This document shows, piece after piece, positions 53,401 to 64,000 of a DNA stretch of 64,000 nt (within the stretch, counting starts at the first letter, position 1; each line of letters opens with the position of its first letter). Location: assembly GCA_963793865.1 (NCBI GenBank), contig CAWCBP010000014.1:256001-320000 (forward strand). The letters run 5' to 3'. Origin of the DNA: an uncultured delta proteobacterium. GTDB taxonomy: Bacteria > Desulfobacterota > WTBG01. A model generated the notes under the pieces. The model was not told the origin of the DNA. It did not search any database and saw only the letters and a program-made list of their open reading frames with translations. The position numbers and the translations under genes were made by a program.

Positions 53401-53524
53401 GCCCATGGCCATTGCCGTGGCCGGCGGCATGACCTCGTCAACCTTTCTCACCCTGCTGGTGGTCCCTGTGGCCTACAGCCTGATCGATGATCTGGCCCGG
53501 AAATTTGGGTTCGGGAAGAAATAG
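50466..53524 (+). CDS. RND efflux permease (AcrB family); frameshifts near 51410 and 53030
   Basis: ISIRRPV, YPEVDFP, VVDDAIVVLEN, VKNSILLVD and RLRPILMT. Confidence 0.92.
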
Positions 53525-53730
53525 CCGGAAGGGTTGTGCCTGCCCGGCCGCCTGAGGCTTATTCATCGTGCCGATTTTAAAGCCGCATCCTCATCCCGCC
53601 CTGCCCGCTGCGGGCGATTCCTTCCTGTGCATCCCGTGATCACGCTGCCTCGATTGCATTTGCAATATAGCTGTTTTTGCAGGCTTCCCGGTGAAGATAT
53701 GCCCCGGTTGATTTTTTTATAAATTAACTG

Positions 53731-53793
53731 TTGACAAAGCGCGCGGGTTTGGATAGATAGTTTGATACTCTAATAATTATAAGCTCTAATTAT
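53731..53793 (+). promoter_or_regulatory. Promoter (-35 TTGACA) with palindromic operator-like sites upstream of marR
   Basis: TTGACA at 53731; perfect ATAATTA-N7-TAATTAT at 53773-53793 and an overlapping imperfect copy at 53757-53777. Confidence 0.55.
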
Positions 53794-53802
53794 TTTTAGA
53801 TC

Positions 53803-54299
53803 ATGCAAACTCAACAGATACCTCGCGAAAAAATCTCAAGTCTCTTAATAGGAGCGACTGGGGCACGCTTATTAAGAGAATCATGTTTTCCTATAACGAT
53901 ATCTCGCGGAGCATCAATCCCAAGGGCCTGCTTAAAATAGATCTCACCACCGCTCAAATCAAGCTGCTTACCTGTTTCAGCGACAACGATCATCACACCA
54001 TGTCGAATTTGAGCAAGAAGCTCTCGGTCAGCCTTCCCACCATTACGGCCATGGTCAACCGCCTGGAAATCTCGAAGATGGTCAGGCGGGAGCGTGACAA
54101 CAATGACCGCAGGGTGGTGAAGGTAAGCCTGACCAGAGCAGGGCGGCGGGAGCTTACCAGGCTGGTCTCCATCAGGGAAAAGGAAATGGAGCGGATATTG
54201 ATGAACCTTACTGAAGATGAGATGAAAAATTTCCTCCTCTCCATTGAGTCTGTGGCCCGCCTGCTTGCAAAGGCCAGGCAAAAGCGCGAGGTGCACTGA
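53803..54299 (+). CDS. MarR family transcriptional regulator (intact ORF 53883-54299; probable N-terminal frameshift in an A-run)
   Basis: DLTTAQ..LL, SLPTITAMVNRLE and DRRVVKVSLT..G. Confidence 0.88.
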
Positions 54300-54449
54300 G
54301 GAAAAACCGGTAATCAGCCCCTTCTTGCCGCGCGGTGTTCAGATTCAGCCGACAGCGCGGTTGTGCTCATGGTTAGATGAAAGGAGTCCGGTTGCAAGGC
54401 AAAGAAGAGACCCTTCTTATCAGAAACAACATGTTCTGAGGTGGTTCAA

Positions 54450-56828
54450 ATGGAAGATTTGCCAATTTCGTCATAGAGAAAAGAGCTTCCATACTCATTG
54501 TCATTATCATGATTACCTTGTTCTTTTGTTGCAGCTCATAAACCCCCTGGGATTTTTACTGACACCCCGCCATTTTGAAGTTGAGGGTCGATACCAATTT
54601 CGGTGATCTCCTGCCTCAACGGCATCCCTATATTAAAGTCCACAATATAATCAAGAATACCTTCGGAGGAGCCAACCAGGTTACTGATCATGGTGCAGGT
54701 AAGAAAGGGCGATATTTTCAACCAGGAGACTTTGGGCAAGGTGAAGGAGATCTCGGAGCGGCTGGAAAAATTTCCCGGCGGTGGACAAGTATAAGATCAG
54801 ATCCATTGCCATGAACAAGATGAAGTATTTCAAGTTTAACCAGGGAACCATGAATATTGCACCCCTCATGTTTCCCAATATTCCCCAAAACCAGCAGGAG
54901 ATGGAGGATTTAAAGAAGAAAATTTACAGCGAGAGGAGGTACTATGGCCCTATGTTTCCTGGGACAGCAAAAAGACAATGATCATGGTTGATTTTTTCGA
55001 AGAGGAGCTGGGGGAGATCGGCTATGACGTGGTTTTCAAGGATTTTATGAAGCTGCAGGGTGAAATGGAGGATGGGAACCATATCATCAATATCGTCGGG
55101 TGAACCGGTACATCTGGGCTATATCAGGGCCTCAACGCCAGGAATGTGCTTGTGGTATTGGGGCGCACAACGCTAGCAATTATGCTGCTGCTCTTCCTTT
55201 ATTACAGATCAAAGCGGGGCATGTTCATTCCCATTATGGCAGCGAGCTCAGCGGGATCTGGGGACTGGGCTTCATGGCCATGATAGGGTATAATCTGGAT
55301 CCCTTGGTTCTGGTGCTGCCGTTTCTGATAGCACTGATGGCCGCCCGCCACTCCATGCAGCTTATCAGCCGGTACCTGGAGGAAGTAGAGAAAGGCGCGG
55401 ACGTGAAGACCGCCGCAAGGACCATGTTTATCGCCATGTTTTTCCCCGGGATTGCCGCGATCCTTACTGATGCCGTGGGCACGGCGCTCATAGCAATTTC
55501 GGTTATTCCCATCCTGACCAATATCGCCATTGCCTGTACCCTGTGGTGTTTTGCCACCTTTGTTCTCTCACTCTTTTTTACCCCCCTGATCCTTTCCTAC
55601 TCAAAAAATCAAAACGGCTTGAGGCACATATTGAATCTATAAAAGCAAAACGGGGGCGGATGGTTCTCCTGGATAAGTTGCTCGGTATGGTGCATAACCT
55701 GGATTGTGGGAAGGGGCAAGTGGGTGGTGGTAACGGCCAACGGCCATCATCGTTGTGATCAGTTTTATATATGCCAATAATATTATTGTTGGTGATTTTT
55801 ATCCGGGGAGCTCCATATTATGGCCCTGGCACCGATACAACAAGGATGCCATGCGCATTATTACCAATATGCCCCTTTTGAATCCGCTCTACGTGGTGAT
55901 GGAAGGGGAAAAGGGCGGATTTATCTCCGAGGGGCCGACACTCCGGGAGATGGAGCGGTTCCGGCGCCACATTGCCAAGCATCCCCGGGTGATGTTTGTC
56001 TCCTCTATTTCCGACAAGCTCCCCAGCTTCCTCATGACCTCCCATGAGGACAATCCCAACTGGTATCATTTGCCCACGGAAGACCGCGTGCTCAGCTTCC
56101 TTTACCGCCACATGGTCTACCGGGCGAACCGGGTACCTGGGATCGCTATGTGGAACCGAAGGATATGATGAGCAATATTGTCATTTACTGCAGGGACAAA
56201 ATGCCCAAGACCACGGAGTCCGTCATAGCAACCATCAAGGAGTATATGGAGAAAGAGTCAAAGATTGAGGGCGGAAAGTATCTCCTGGCAGGCGGAGCAG
56301 TGGGAGTGCGGGCAGCGGTGAGGGATGAGATTGCCCAATCTCAGGCCTTAAATCTTGCCCTGGCACTGTTTGGCTGTTTGCTTTTTTGCGCGTTAAATTT
56401 CCGAAGCTCGGTTGCCGGGCATTCTCTTAACCATTCCCTCTTGCCATTTCCAATCTCATTACCTTTGCCCTGATGAGCGCGTACCATATCGGACTTACGG
56501 TTAATACCTTTCCCGTGTCTTCAATCGGTATCGGGCTGGGGGTGGATTATGGCATATATTTTGTCGGACGCTTAATGGAGGAGCGAAAAGGAGCCGATCT
56601 CAATACCGCGCTTATCAATGCCATGAGGACCAACGGGAGGTCGATCGTGATGATTGCTACTACCCTTACCGTCAGCTGCTGGTGTGGGTATTTTCGCCCT
56701 TGAAATTCCAGGCGGACATGGGGTTGCTTTTGGCAGTGCTCCTGGTGCTGAACATGCTTGGTGCCATACTGCTTTTACCCAGCATGATCGTAATTTTTAA
56801 ACCCAGGTTCCTGACCGGCAGAAAGTAG
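54450..56828 (+). CDS. MMPL/RND-superfamily transporter; split by many frameshifts in this sequence
   Basis: DLLPQRHPYIKVH..FGGAN, IWGLGF..GYNLDPL.LVLPFLI..HSMQ, TDAVG and SIGIGLGVDYGIY in order across frames; ends FKPRF..TAG at 56828. Confidence 0.8.
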
Positions 56829-56908
56829 CACAGGTGACGACCGAAAAACATTATTCAGATTCATTCGCGTAAGCATCTGCATAACATTTATTAAAAGGAG
56901 GATGCGGT

Positions 56909-58511
56909 ATGAAAAGATTGTCTTTATGCCTTGCGCTCTTTCTCATGTGCCTCCTGGTGTTGCGTGAAGCCGCGGCTGATATTCAGTTGCTTGACGGAAA
57001 GCTCAGGGTCAAGGGGAGGTTTGAGCAGTACGACGTCTTTCTCACCCATTATCCCAAGGATGATGCCTTCTACCGGGATAGCACACATGGCAGTCAATCA
57101 GTCCATTTTTGCCCTTGAGGGTTTGTTCACCCTGGTAGACAACGGATCCTGGCTGATCAACTTCCAGAACTATGTCCGGACTTATTATGATTCGGCTCCC
57201 GACTTCGATACCCATCTGCAAAGGAGTTTTTCCTCAAGCGACCACAGATACAAAGACTATCAGACCAACCGCTACGATCAGGACGACTGGATCAATGAGA
57301 TGTACATTGATGCCTACAAGGGTCCCTGGAATATCAGGCTGGGCAAGCAGGTGGTGGCATGGAGTGAAGTGGAGATGGTCCAGACCATTGACAAGATCAA
57401 CCCCATCGATCTGCGCTATGCAACACCCGGCATACAGCCGTTTGACGAGATTAAGCTGGGCCTGTGGATGTTTCGGGGGTTTTATAACTCGGATCTGCCG
57501 GGAAGGCTGATCTTTGAAAACATCTTCATACCCGGCGATTTTGAGCAGACCAGGACCCCCTTTGAGGGATGCTGGGCGGCGAGAAAACCCGCCCCCGGTT
57601 TTATCAGAAATGCCCCCGGACAGGGGGATGCCGTCTACTGGATGATGCACGATGCTGCACCGCCGTTGAGCCTTAATAACTATCAATATGCCTTCCGCAT
57701 CAGGGGCAACTCAGAGGTCTTTCTCTTTAAAACCCCCTATGTTATTGACTGGACGCTGATTTACTGGAACGGCCTGGACACCGGACACGCAACCTTTGAA
57801 GATACGGAAACGGTTAATGCGGCGCTGAGTCAAAACGCGCTAATCAGGGCGACACAAGGCATTGCAGGTCCACCGTTACCCGATGGCAGGGATGTAGCTA
57901 AATGGAAACGGTATGAAGCGGTGGGCGGCTCTTTTCAAACCTATGTTCCTGCGCTCAATTCGGTTCTTCGGGGTGAAGTTTCCTATGAGATCGGCAGGAA
58001 GTGGAACAGTATCGATACAAACCAGCCGGTTGATTCAAAAACGGTTGGCGGTCTGGGCAACTTTGCAAAAGGGACTGTGGAAAGGGATTATTTAAGCTTA
58101 GGTCTCACCGTCGATTATCCTCTTCGCATACCGTTTTATGGCGAGCGCATGGAGAAATGGGGCGTGAGGCCGTACTGGGACACTACCTTCGGGGTATTTA
58201 CGGGGTACTGGATAGGAAATGTGAGCAGGGTCTGGCAATGGTCCAACAGCTATGATCAACGGAATGTTACCTTCTTGACCCTCATGATACGAGGGGGATT
58301 TCGCCATAACGAGTTTACCCCGGTCTTAAGGGCGCAGTACAATCCCAGAAACTTCGGCTATGTTTCACCGGGGCTTTCCTATATGCCGGGAAAGCATTTT
58401 CGCTATGAAATCGGGAGCATCTGGTTTTTTGCCAATAATCCCGCCGTGCACCGCGAGGCTGCAGTCGAAGACCGGGATATGGTATACACCAGAATCAGAT
58501 ACGAATTTTAA
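56909..58511 (+). CDS. DUF1302-like outer-membrane beta-barrel protein; one frameshift near 57090
   Basis: AGGAGG RBS and signal peptide; E.YID..W.IRLGKQVVAW..D.INP.D; C-terminal DRD.VY.RIRYEF beta-signal; MMPL/DUF1329 context. Confidence 0.75.
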
Positions 58512-58538
58512 TCAATCAATAAAGAGGAGGTTAGCATC

Positions 58539-59849
58539 ATGTCAACCAGAAGCAAGATTATTGATGTGAGTGTGTCTGTCAGCCTGGCTGTACTGCTTCT
58601 TCTGATCGGCAGCGTTGCAGCCCCCGCCAAGGATGTGAAATTTCCCACCCCTTCCTACGAAGGAGAAGAGCTTGCCAAGGTGAAGGAATGGGAGAAAACC
58701 TGGGTGGGGAAAAAGGTGACCACTGCCGAGGTAGACCAGGTTAAGGATCTCCTGCCTGAATCCGTCTACACCATCATGAAAAGTCCCCAGGAGTTTGGGG
58801 CTGAGGGTGATCTGTGGTTCACCGTGGTGCCGTACCGGGAGTACCAGGTATCTCCCGGTTTGATCGCAGCCACCAAACAGTACGCACCCCAGGCCCAGCT
58901 GGATGAGAAGCTCGTCCTGGCAAATTACGGCAAGGTGGCGGGCATTCCTTTTCCCCAGCCGGACACTTCTGATCCGGTGGTGGCAGGCACCCAGGCTGCC
59001 TGGAATTTTGACGGTTATACCCACGGCGACGGCATCTATGTTTTTAACGGACCGGCAGCTATCATTGACAGCAGAACCAGGCTCGAGCGGTCAGCCGGCC
59101 ATTTTCGCTGGGAGCTGTTCTGGTCGGGAAGGGCCGATGTTGCTCCCAAGCCCGAGCTTCCCAAGAATGACCGGAAGGTGCAGCGGACATTCTTCCAGAG
59201 GAATACCGCGCCTCCCGATTTTGCCGACACCACCGTTCTTGAGGTTAAATACCAGGATACCAGCCGGGATTGCGATCTCTATGTGTACACCGCCATGTTC
59301 CGCCGCATCAGGAGATACAGCACCAACCAGAGAAGCGACATGATTGACGGCACCGACATGATTTATGACGACAATCACGGCTGGTATACCCACATCAACA
59401 TCAATAAGTACAAATTAATCGGCCAGAAAGACGTTCTGGTGTCCCGCCATGCGGAGGATCCCCAGAAAAATATAACCCGTGTTTCCGGTCAGACGTTCTG
59501 GAACGGAGTTCCCCGCGAGCGCACGAAGTGCTGGGTGGTGGAGGCGATCAACCGGGATCCTGACTACATTTACAGCAAGCGCGTCTGGTACCTTGATCCG
59601 GAGAACTGGCAGATGAATGTGCAGGAGATGTATGACCGCCAGGGCAGGCTCTGGAAGCTGCTGGAACAGTTTTATAATGAGTATAAGATGGTTGAAGCTG
59701 AGGGCATGGTGACACACGTTTCGGCCGAACAGACCATAGACTTGGTCCGGCGCCACGGCAGCTTGGCCGTTTACGATATTCACAAGCTCGGCACAACCCT
59801 TGATGACAAGATCTTCAGCGTGGCCAACCTGCAGCAGCTGAGCTATTAG
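58539..59849 (+). CDS. DUF1329 family (LolA-like fold) periplasmic protein
   Basis: Signal peptide; GIPFPQP; WN; Y....RRIRR; WVVEA; YSKRVWYLD; YDRQGRLWK. Confidence 0.85.
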   Translation: MSTRSKIIDVSVSVSLAVLLLLIGSVAAPAKDVKFPTPSYEGEELAKVKEWEKTWVGKKVTTAEVDQVKDLLPESVYTIMKSPQEFGAEGDLWFTVVPYREYQVSPGLIAATKQYAPQAQLDEKLVLANYGKVAGIPFPQPDTSDPVVAGTQAAWNFDGYTHGDGIYVFNGPAAIIDSRTRLERSAGHFRWELFWSGRADVAPKPELPKNDRKVQRTFFQRNTAPPDFADTTVLEVKYQDTSRDCDLYVYTAMFRRIRRYSTNQRSDMIDGTDMIYDDNHGWYTHININKYKLIGQKDVLVSRHAEDPQKNITRVSGQTFWNGVPRERTKCWVVEAINRDPDYIYSKRVWYLDPENWQMNVQEMYDRQGRLWKLLEQFYNEYKMVEAEGMVTHVSAEQTIDLVRRHGSLAVYDIHKLGTTLDDKIFSVANLQQLSY

Positions 59850-59877
59850 ACGAATGTTCCTTTCATGATGTTCAGGA

Positions 59878-59932
59878 CCGGTAGGAGCGGCTTTGAGCCG
59901 CGAATTAATCGCACATAAATGTGCTCCTGCGG
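59878..59932. repeat. REP doublet with two different stems
   Basis: GTAGGAGCGGCTTTGAGCCGCGA followed by inverted GCAGGAGCACATTTATGTGCGA. Confidence 0.75.
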
Positions 59933-59983
59933 GAAAGAGAATATAGTTAGAGCGATTTTGTTCAATGACTGAGGGAGACAAAA

Positions 59984-61479
59984 ATGGCAGAAACCGTGAC
60001 GGTGTTTAAAGACATTACCAAAGAGCTTGAGGATTGTGTTGGCAAGGCCGGTGTTGTGACGGACGACAAAACGCTTGAGCAATACTCCCGGGACGAGAGC
60101 TGGGAGGAACCCCGGCGGCCTGACTGGGTGGTGAAAGCAGGGTCGACCGACCAGGTTCAGAAAGTGGTCCAGCTGGCCAACAAGCACAGGTTGCCGGTTG
60201 TTCCCCGGAGCTCCGGGGTTGGATTGCACGGTTCCGGCATTCCGCTGGAAGGAGGGATCATCCTTGATATGCAATCCATGAACCGGGTCCTGCGGGTTGA
60301 CACCAGGAACAAATGGGCAATGGTCGAGCCCGGCGTGACCTACGGGCAGCTTCAGAAGGAGCTTGAGCCCCGCGGGTTCAGGGCGGTCACTCCGCTGCTC
60401 CCCCACCCGCGCAAGTCGGTGATCAGCAGCCTGCTGGAAAAAAATCCTCACCTTTCCTCCAAGATGCATCTTGATGAAGTCATTCTTACCATGCAGCTGA
60501 TACTTCCCTCCGGAGATCGCTTCCGCACCGGTTCTCTTGCGGTGCCGATTCCGGACCTCAAACCCGAAGAGGTGCCGGACAAGGCCCACTCGGGGCTCTG
60601 CAATGCTCTGGGGCCGGGCATCGACTGGTGGAGGCTGCTCACCGGAAGTGAAGCGAGCTTCGGTGCCGCAACGGTGATGAATTTCAAGATTACGCACATT
60701 CCGGCCATGCAAAAAGTTTACTTCCTGCCCTCGCAAACGCTGGAGCAGCTCGTCGAGCCCGCCTACCGTATCCTGCGGCGGGAGATCGGAAACGAGTGCT
60801 TTATCCTGAACCGGCATAATCTGGCCTGCATGATGGCGGAAGACGATAATGAGCTGGCAGCCCTGAGGGAGAAGCTTCCCGCCCTTCTGCCTGGTGCTCT
60901 GCCTGGATGCGGGTGAGTGGTACCCTGAGGAGAAAATGGCCTACCAGGATCATGCGCTTGATGAAATCTGCCAGCAGTGCACCTGCGGTGTTACCTCCGC
61001 TCTGCCGTTGCTGAAGGAAGCGGATAAGCGGGTGGCAAAAATGCTCACCCAGCCCGGGGATAACGGTGTGTACTGGAAGTTCCGGCTCAAGGGGGGATGC
61101 TGGGACCTCATGATGCTGACCACCCTTGACAAGGCGCCGCGATGGATAACTGCCGTACGCCAGGTTGCGGCGGAATGCGGATACCGTCTGGATGATATGG
61201 GAATTTACCTGCAGCCCAAGCAGCGGGGCCGCGCCTACCACCTGGAATTTAATTTCCCGGTTGACCGCGGCAATGCCGGCGAATGCACAAAAGGTGAAGG
61301 AGCTGATCCATCAGGGGGCAAAACGCCTGCTCAACGAAGGCGCGTTTTTATATCGGCCCTACGGATCACTGGCGGAAATGGTTTTTTCACGGACCGGCAA
61401 TCTTCACGAGTCAATTAGGAAAATCAAGGGAATTCTCGATCCCAATAATGTGATGAACCCGGGCAGGCTTGCCCTGTAA
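59984..61479 (+). CDS. FAD-binding oxidoreductase (VAO/PCMH, GlcD-like); frameshifts near 60890 and 61290
   Basis: PDWVVK..S..QVQ.VV.LAN....VVPRSSG, MNRV..VD..AMVEPGVT, GSEASFG and C-terminal IKGILDPNNVMNPG. Confidence 0.85.
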
Positions 61480-61543
61480 ACGCTTCGTGTTCTTCGTGGT
61501 TCACCGGATACTAATATGATAGAGGGCGGATAAGGAGGTTAGA

Positions 61544-63193
61544 ATGGCTTTTTCCCAGATTGCTTTAAAGGCGCTTCAGGATGTGGTCGGTGCCGAACAT
61601 GTTACCAGTGATGAGGTGATGTGCCAGAGCTATTCCCGCGTGAACTGGCTTCCTTCGGGCTTCCTCCAGAGAGAGCGCCTGGGGGTCAACATGCGCCCGG
61701 CCTGCGTGGTCATGCCCAGCTCAACCGAGGAGGTCCAGGCGATTATCAGGATTGCCAACCGCTACAAGTTTCCCTTTACGCCGAGAGGATCGGGCTATAC
61801 CTTCCAGGCTTTTCCCGCCGGGGCCGGCTATCTGGTCATCGACCCCAAGCGCATGGACCGGATTATCGAGCTCGACGGCAAGAACATGTACGCGGTGGTG
61901 GAGCCCTACGTGAGCTTCGCCGAACTGCAGACCGAGGCCATGAAGAAGGGGCTTACCTGCCCCACGCCGCTCGCGGGCGCGCAGGTATCGGTGCTTGCCA
62001 ACTACTCCTGGCACGGCGCCTATGGAAACAGCTGGATAAGCGGGGTGGGCGCCCACAACCTCCTGGCCTATGAAATTATCCTGCCGGACGGTGAGCTGAT
62101 GAGAAGCGGCCCGCCCTCCCTCAACGAGGATGAGTGGTTCTGGAATGACGGTCCCGGCCCGGACATGAGGGGGCTGCTGAGGGGCGGCCAGTTCGGGCAT
62201 GCCGGGGGCCTGGGGATGGTCACCAAGATAAGCTGCCGGCTTTTGCCCTGGCCGGGTCCGACGGTGCTGCCGACCAGCGGCGTGTCCATAGATAAGGTTG
62301 CCCCCCTTCCCGCGGACAAGTTCCGGTGGTACATGGTGCGCTTCCCCTTTGCCTATCCGGCAGATGAGGTAAAGTGGCTGAGAACATCGGCGGAGCTTTT
62401 CTATGAGATGGGAAAGGCGGAGATCGCGGTGGTTGCCACCCACCTTGCCAAGCAGTTTCTCTACACCTATTCCTCCAAGACCAAGAAGGACCTGTTCGAC
62501 AACATGGAGAAGGACGTCTTCCCTTCGGGTTTCTGCGTGATCGGGCTTCAGGCAACCACCTCGCTGGAGCAGCTGGAGTACGAAGAGAAAGTCCTGCGGG
62601 CGATTGTTGCCAAGGTGGGCGGGGAATTCGTGGGCGAGGACGAGCCGGCCCACCAGGTGTGGATCGGGCGGGTGGCCTTCGAGTGGCTGCGGTTCGGCCA
62701 CGGCATCAGGCTGGCACGTCCCTCCGACGGCTTTTCAATCGGCGCCTCCAATGTGGATTCCATCGATAATATTGTCACCGAAATCCTGCGGTCCAACGAA
62801 GGCGCCAGGCAGATGCTCTTCGGCGATAAAAAGCTGGGTAAGGATTTCGTGCAGCCGTTGAGCGTGCACGGCGGCTGGATCAGCCCGCAGGAGTTTGGCC
62901 ACTGGTGCCTGATGACTACCGACATATTCCCGGAACAGTCGGTGAAACAGGCCAGCGAGGCGATCGAGATTATCATGTCGCATCTTAAGGGTGAGCTCGC
63001 GGACAAGAGTTCCGCGGCGGTCATTCATCTGCTCGGTCCCGCCTATGATATTCTGGGCCCCACGTTTGATAATGTGCATCTGATTATGAAACAGATAAAA
63101 AGAACCTTTGATCCCAACAACATTTCCAACCCCCCGTATGCAACCAGGCCCGATGTCCTTTCCCCGGAAGAAGTGGCCAAGATGCTCAAATGA
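61544..63193 (+). CDS. FAD-binding oxidoreductase (VAO/PCMH family)
   Basis: VVMPSSTEEVQAII.IAN..F.PRGSG, RMDRIIE.D..YAVVEP.V, GPDMRGL, LGMVTK and IKRTFDPNNISNP. Confidence 0.88.
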   Translation: MAFSQIALKALQDVVGAEHVTSDEVMCQSYSRVNWLPSGFLQRERLGVNMRPACVVMPSSTEEVQAIIRIANRYKFPFTPRGSGYTFQAFPAGAGYLVIDPKRMDRIIELDGKNMYAVVEPYVSFAELQTEAMKKGLTCPTPLAGAQVSVLANYSWHGAYGNSWISGVGAHNLLAYEIILPDGELMRSGPPSLNEDEWFWNDGPGPDMRGLLRGGQFGHAGGLGMVTKISCRLLPWPGPTVLPTSGVSIDKVAPLPADKFRWYMVRFPFAYPADEVKWLRTSAELFYEMGKAEIAVVATHLAKQFLYTYSSKTKKDLFDNMEKDVFPSGFCVIGLQATTSLEQLEYEEKVLRAIVAKVGGEFVGEDEPAHQVWIGRVAFEWLRFGHGIRLARPSDGFSIGASNVDSIDNIVTEILRSNEGARQMLFGDKKLGKDFVQPLSVHGGWISPQEFGHWCLMTTDIFPEQSVKQASEAIEIIMSHLKGELADKSSAAVIHLLGPAYDILGPTFDNVHLIMKQIKRTFDPNNISNPPYATRPDVLSPEEVAKMLK

Positions 63194-63201
63194 ATTTGTA
63201 A

Positions 63202-63229
63202 CCGGTTAGGAGCGTCTTTCAGCCGCGAA
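63202..63229. repeat. Degenerate GTAG-type REP
   Basis: CCGGTTAGGAGCGTCTTTCAGCCGCGAA immediately after the stop codon. Confidence 0.55.
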
Positions 63230-63313
63230 AGTAGCGTCATGAATGGGTTCCTGCCGACATTCAAACATGTTTGATTAGCATTCAATCATGTTAGGATATT
63301 AAGGAGTGTCGGT

Positions 63314-64000
63314 GTGAATTCAAATAAGGTCAAAAGTTTACTATGCCTGATTCCCCTGTTCTTGTGCCTGATCTCTTGGGGTGCAAACCCCGGGCGTCCT
63401 CAATTTGCCATCCCCAAGATAAGTATGATTACCGGTGAGAATCTCCACAGCGTGGTTGCCTTTTCTCCCCAGGAAGCTGAAGTTTTCGGCAACATGGGGA
63501 TCATCTTCCGCACCGGTGACGGCGGTGAAACGACGGAAGCCTGGGAACGAATCGCAAGCGGGGCCGAAGATGCGCTGCTTTGCGATACCGCTGTTTGTTG
63601 ACCGGGAGACAGGCTGGGCCGTGGGCATCAAGGGTACGATCATCCATTCGACCGACGGGGGGAAAACCTGGAAACTGCCCAGACAAGCGGTACCGAAAAG
63701 AACCTTTTTTCAGTTTCTTTTCCCGATGCGAGGAACGGCTGGGTGGTCGGAGAGTTCGGCACCATCATCCACACCGGCGATGGCGGGCCAAACCTGGCAG
63801 TCGCTATCCCAGGGGAGCGACAAAGAACTCAACGGTGTCTGTTTTGTCGATGCCCTCCGCGGCTGGGTGGTGGGCGAATTTGGGACCATCCTTTACACCG
63901 GGGACGGCGGCACGACCTGGGAAGCGCAAACCTGTGAAGAAATACAGACCAATAATGATATGTTCAGTTATGACTGGAGGCCCATGCCTGCTCTCTATGG
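63314..64000 (+). CDS. YCF48/BNR-repeat beta-propeller protein (frameshifted; 3'-truncated by window edge)
   Basis: Signal peptide; repeated L..V.F....GW.VG..G.I.HT.DGG.TW blades across frames. Confidence 0.82.

Noticed and set aside
55095..55110. TGA in the MMPL gene as selenocysteine or readthrough
   Set aside because: It is explained by a one-base insertion: removing one G from GTCGGGTGAA restores I-V-G-E-P-V-H.

Overview
Chromosomal bacterial DNA, gene-dense and moderately GC-rich. The protein content suggests a Gram-negative anaerobe of the deltaproteobacterial/Desulfobacterota type (inference). No rRNA, tRNA, CRISPR array or intact transposase was seen. Envelope and transport genes dominate: two MacAB(-TolC) systems, two AcrAB-type RND pumps, two ABC-2 exporters, an EamA transporter, a P2A-type ATPase, an LpxL-like acyltransferase, a TMTC-like glycosyltransferase and two secreted alpha/beta hydrolases with different C-terminal appendages. 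Also present are an RpoD-family sigma factor (5'-truncated), RecD2, a cold-shock protein, cbiF-cbiG and cbiH, and a MarR-led MMPL/DUF1302/DUF1329/2x FAD-oxidase/YCF48 operon that runs off the right edge. The best candidates for undescribed biology are: (i) a 1874-aa polytopic-membrane/GH94 phosphorylase fusion co-transcribed with opgG and no adjacent opgH, a possible beta-1,2-glucan import/recycling module; (ii) a small protein with a Zn-finger-like N-terminus and two copies of an unrecognised Cx2Cx7C..WCxH domain; (iii) an Ig-fused, highly divergent ferrochelatase-like protein; (iv) a compact promoter/sequestered-RBS/12-codon ORF/terminator unit upstream of recD2; (v) several families of extragenic palindromes, including a 192-nt long hairpin. 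Many genes carry single-base frameshifts with intact motifs, most likely assembly indel errors. Family assignments come from motif recognition by eye; no database search was run.
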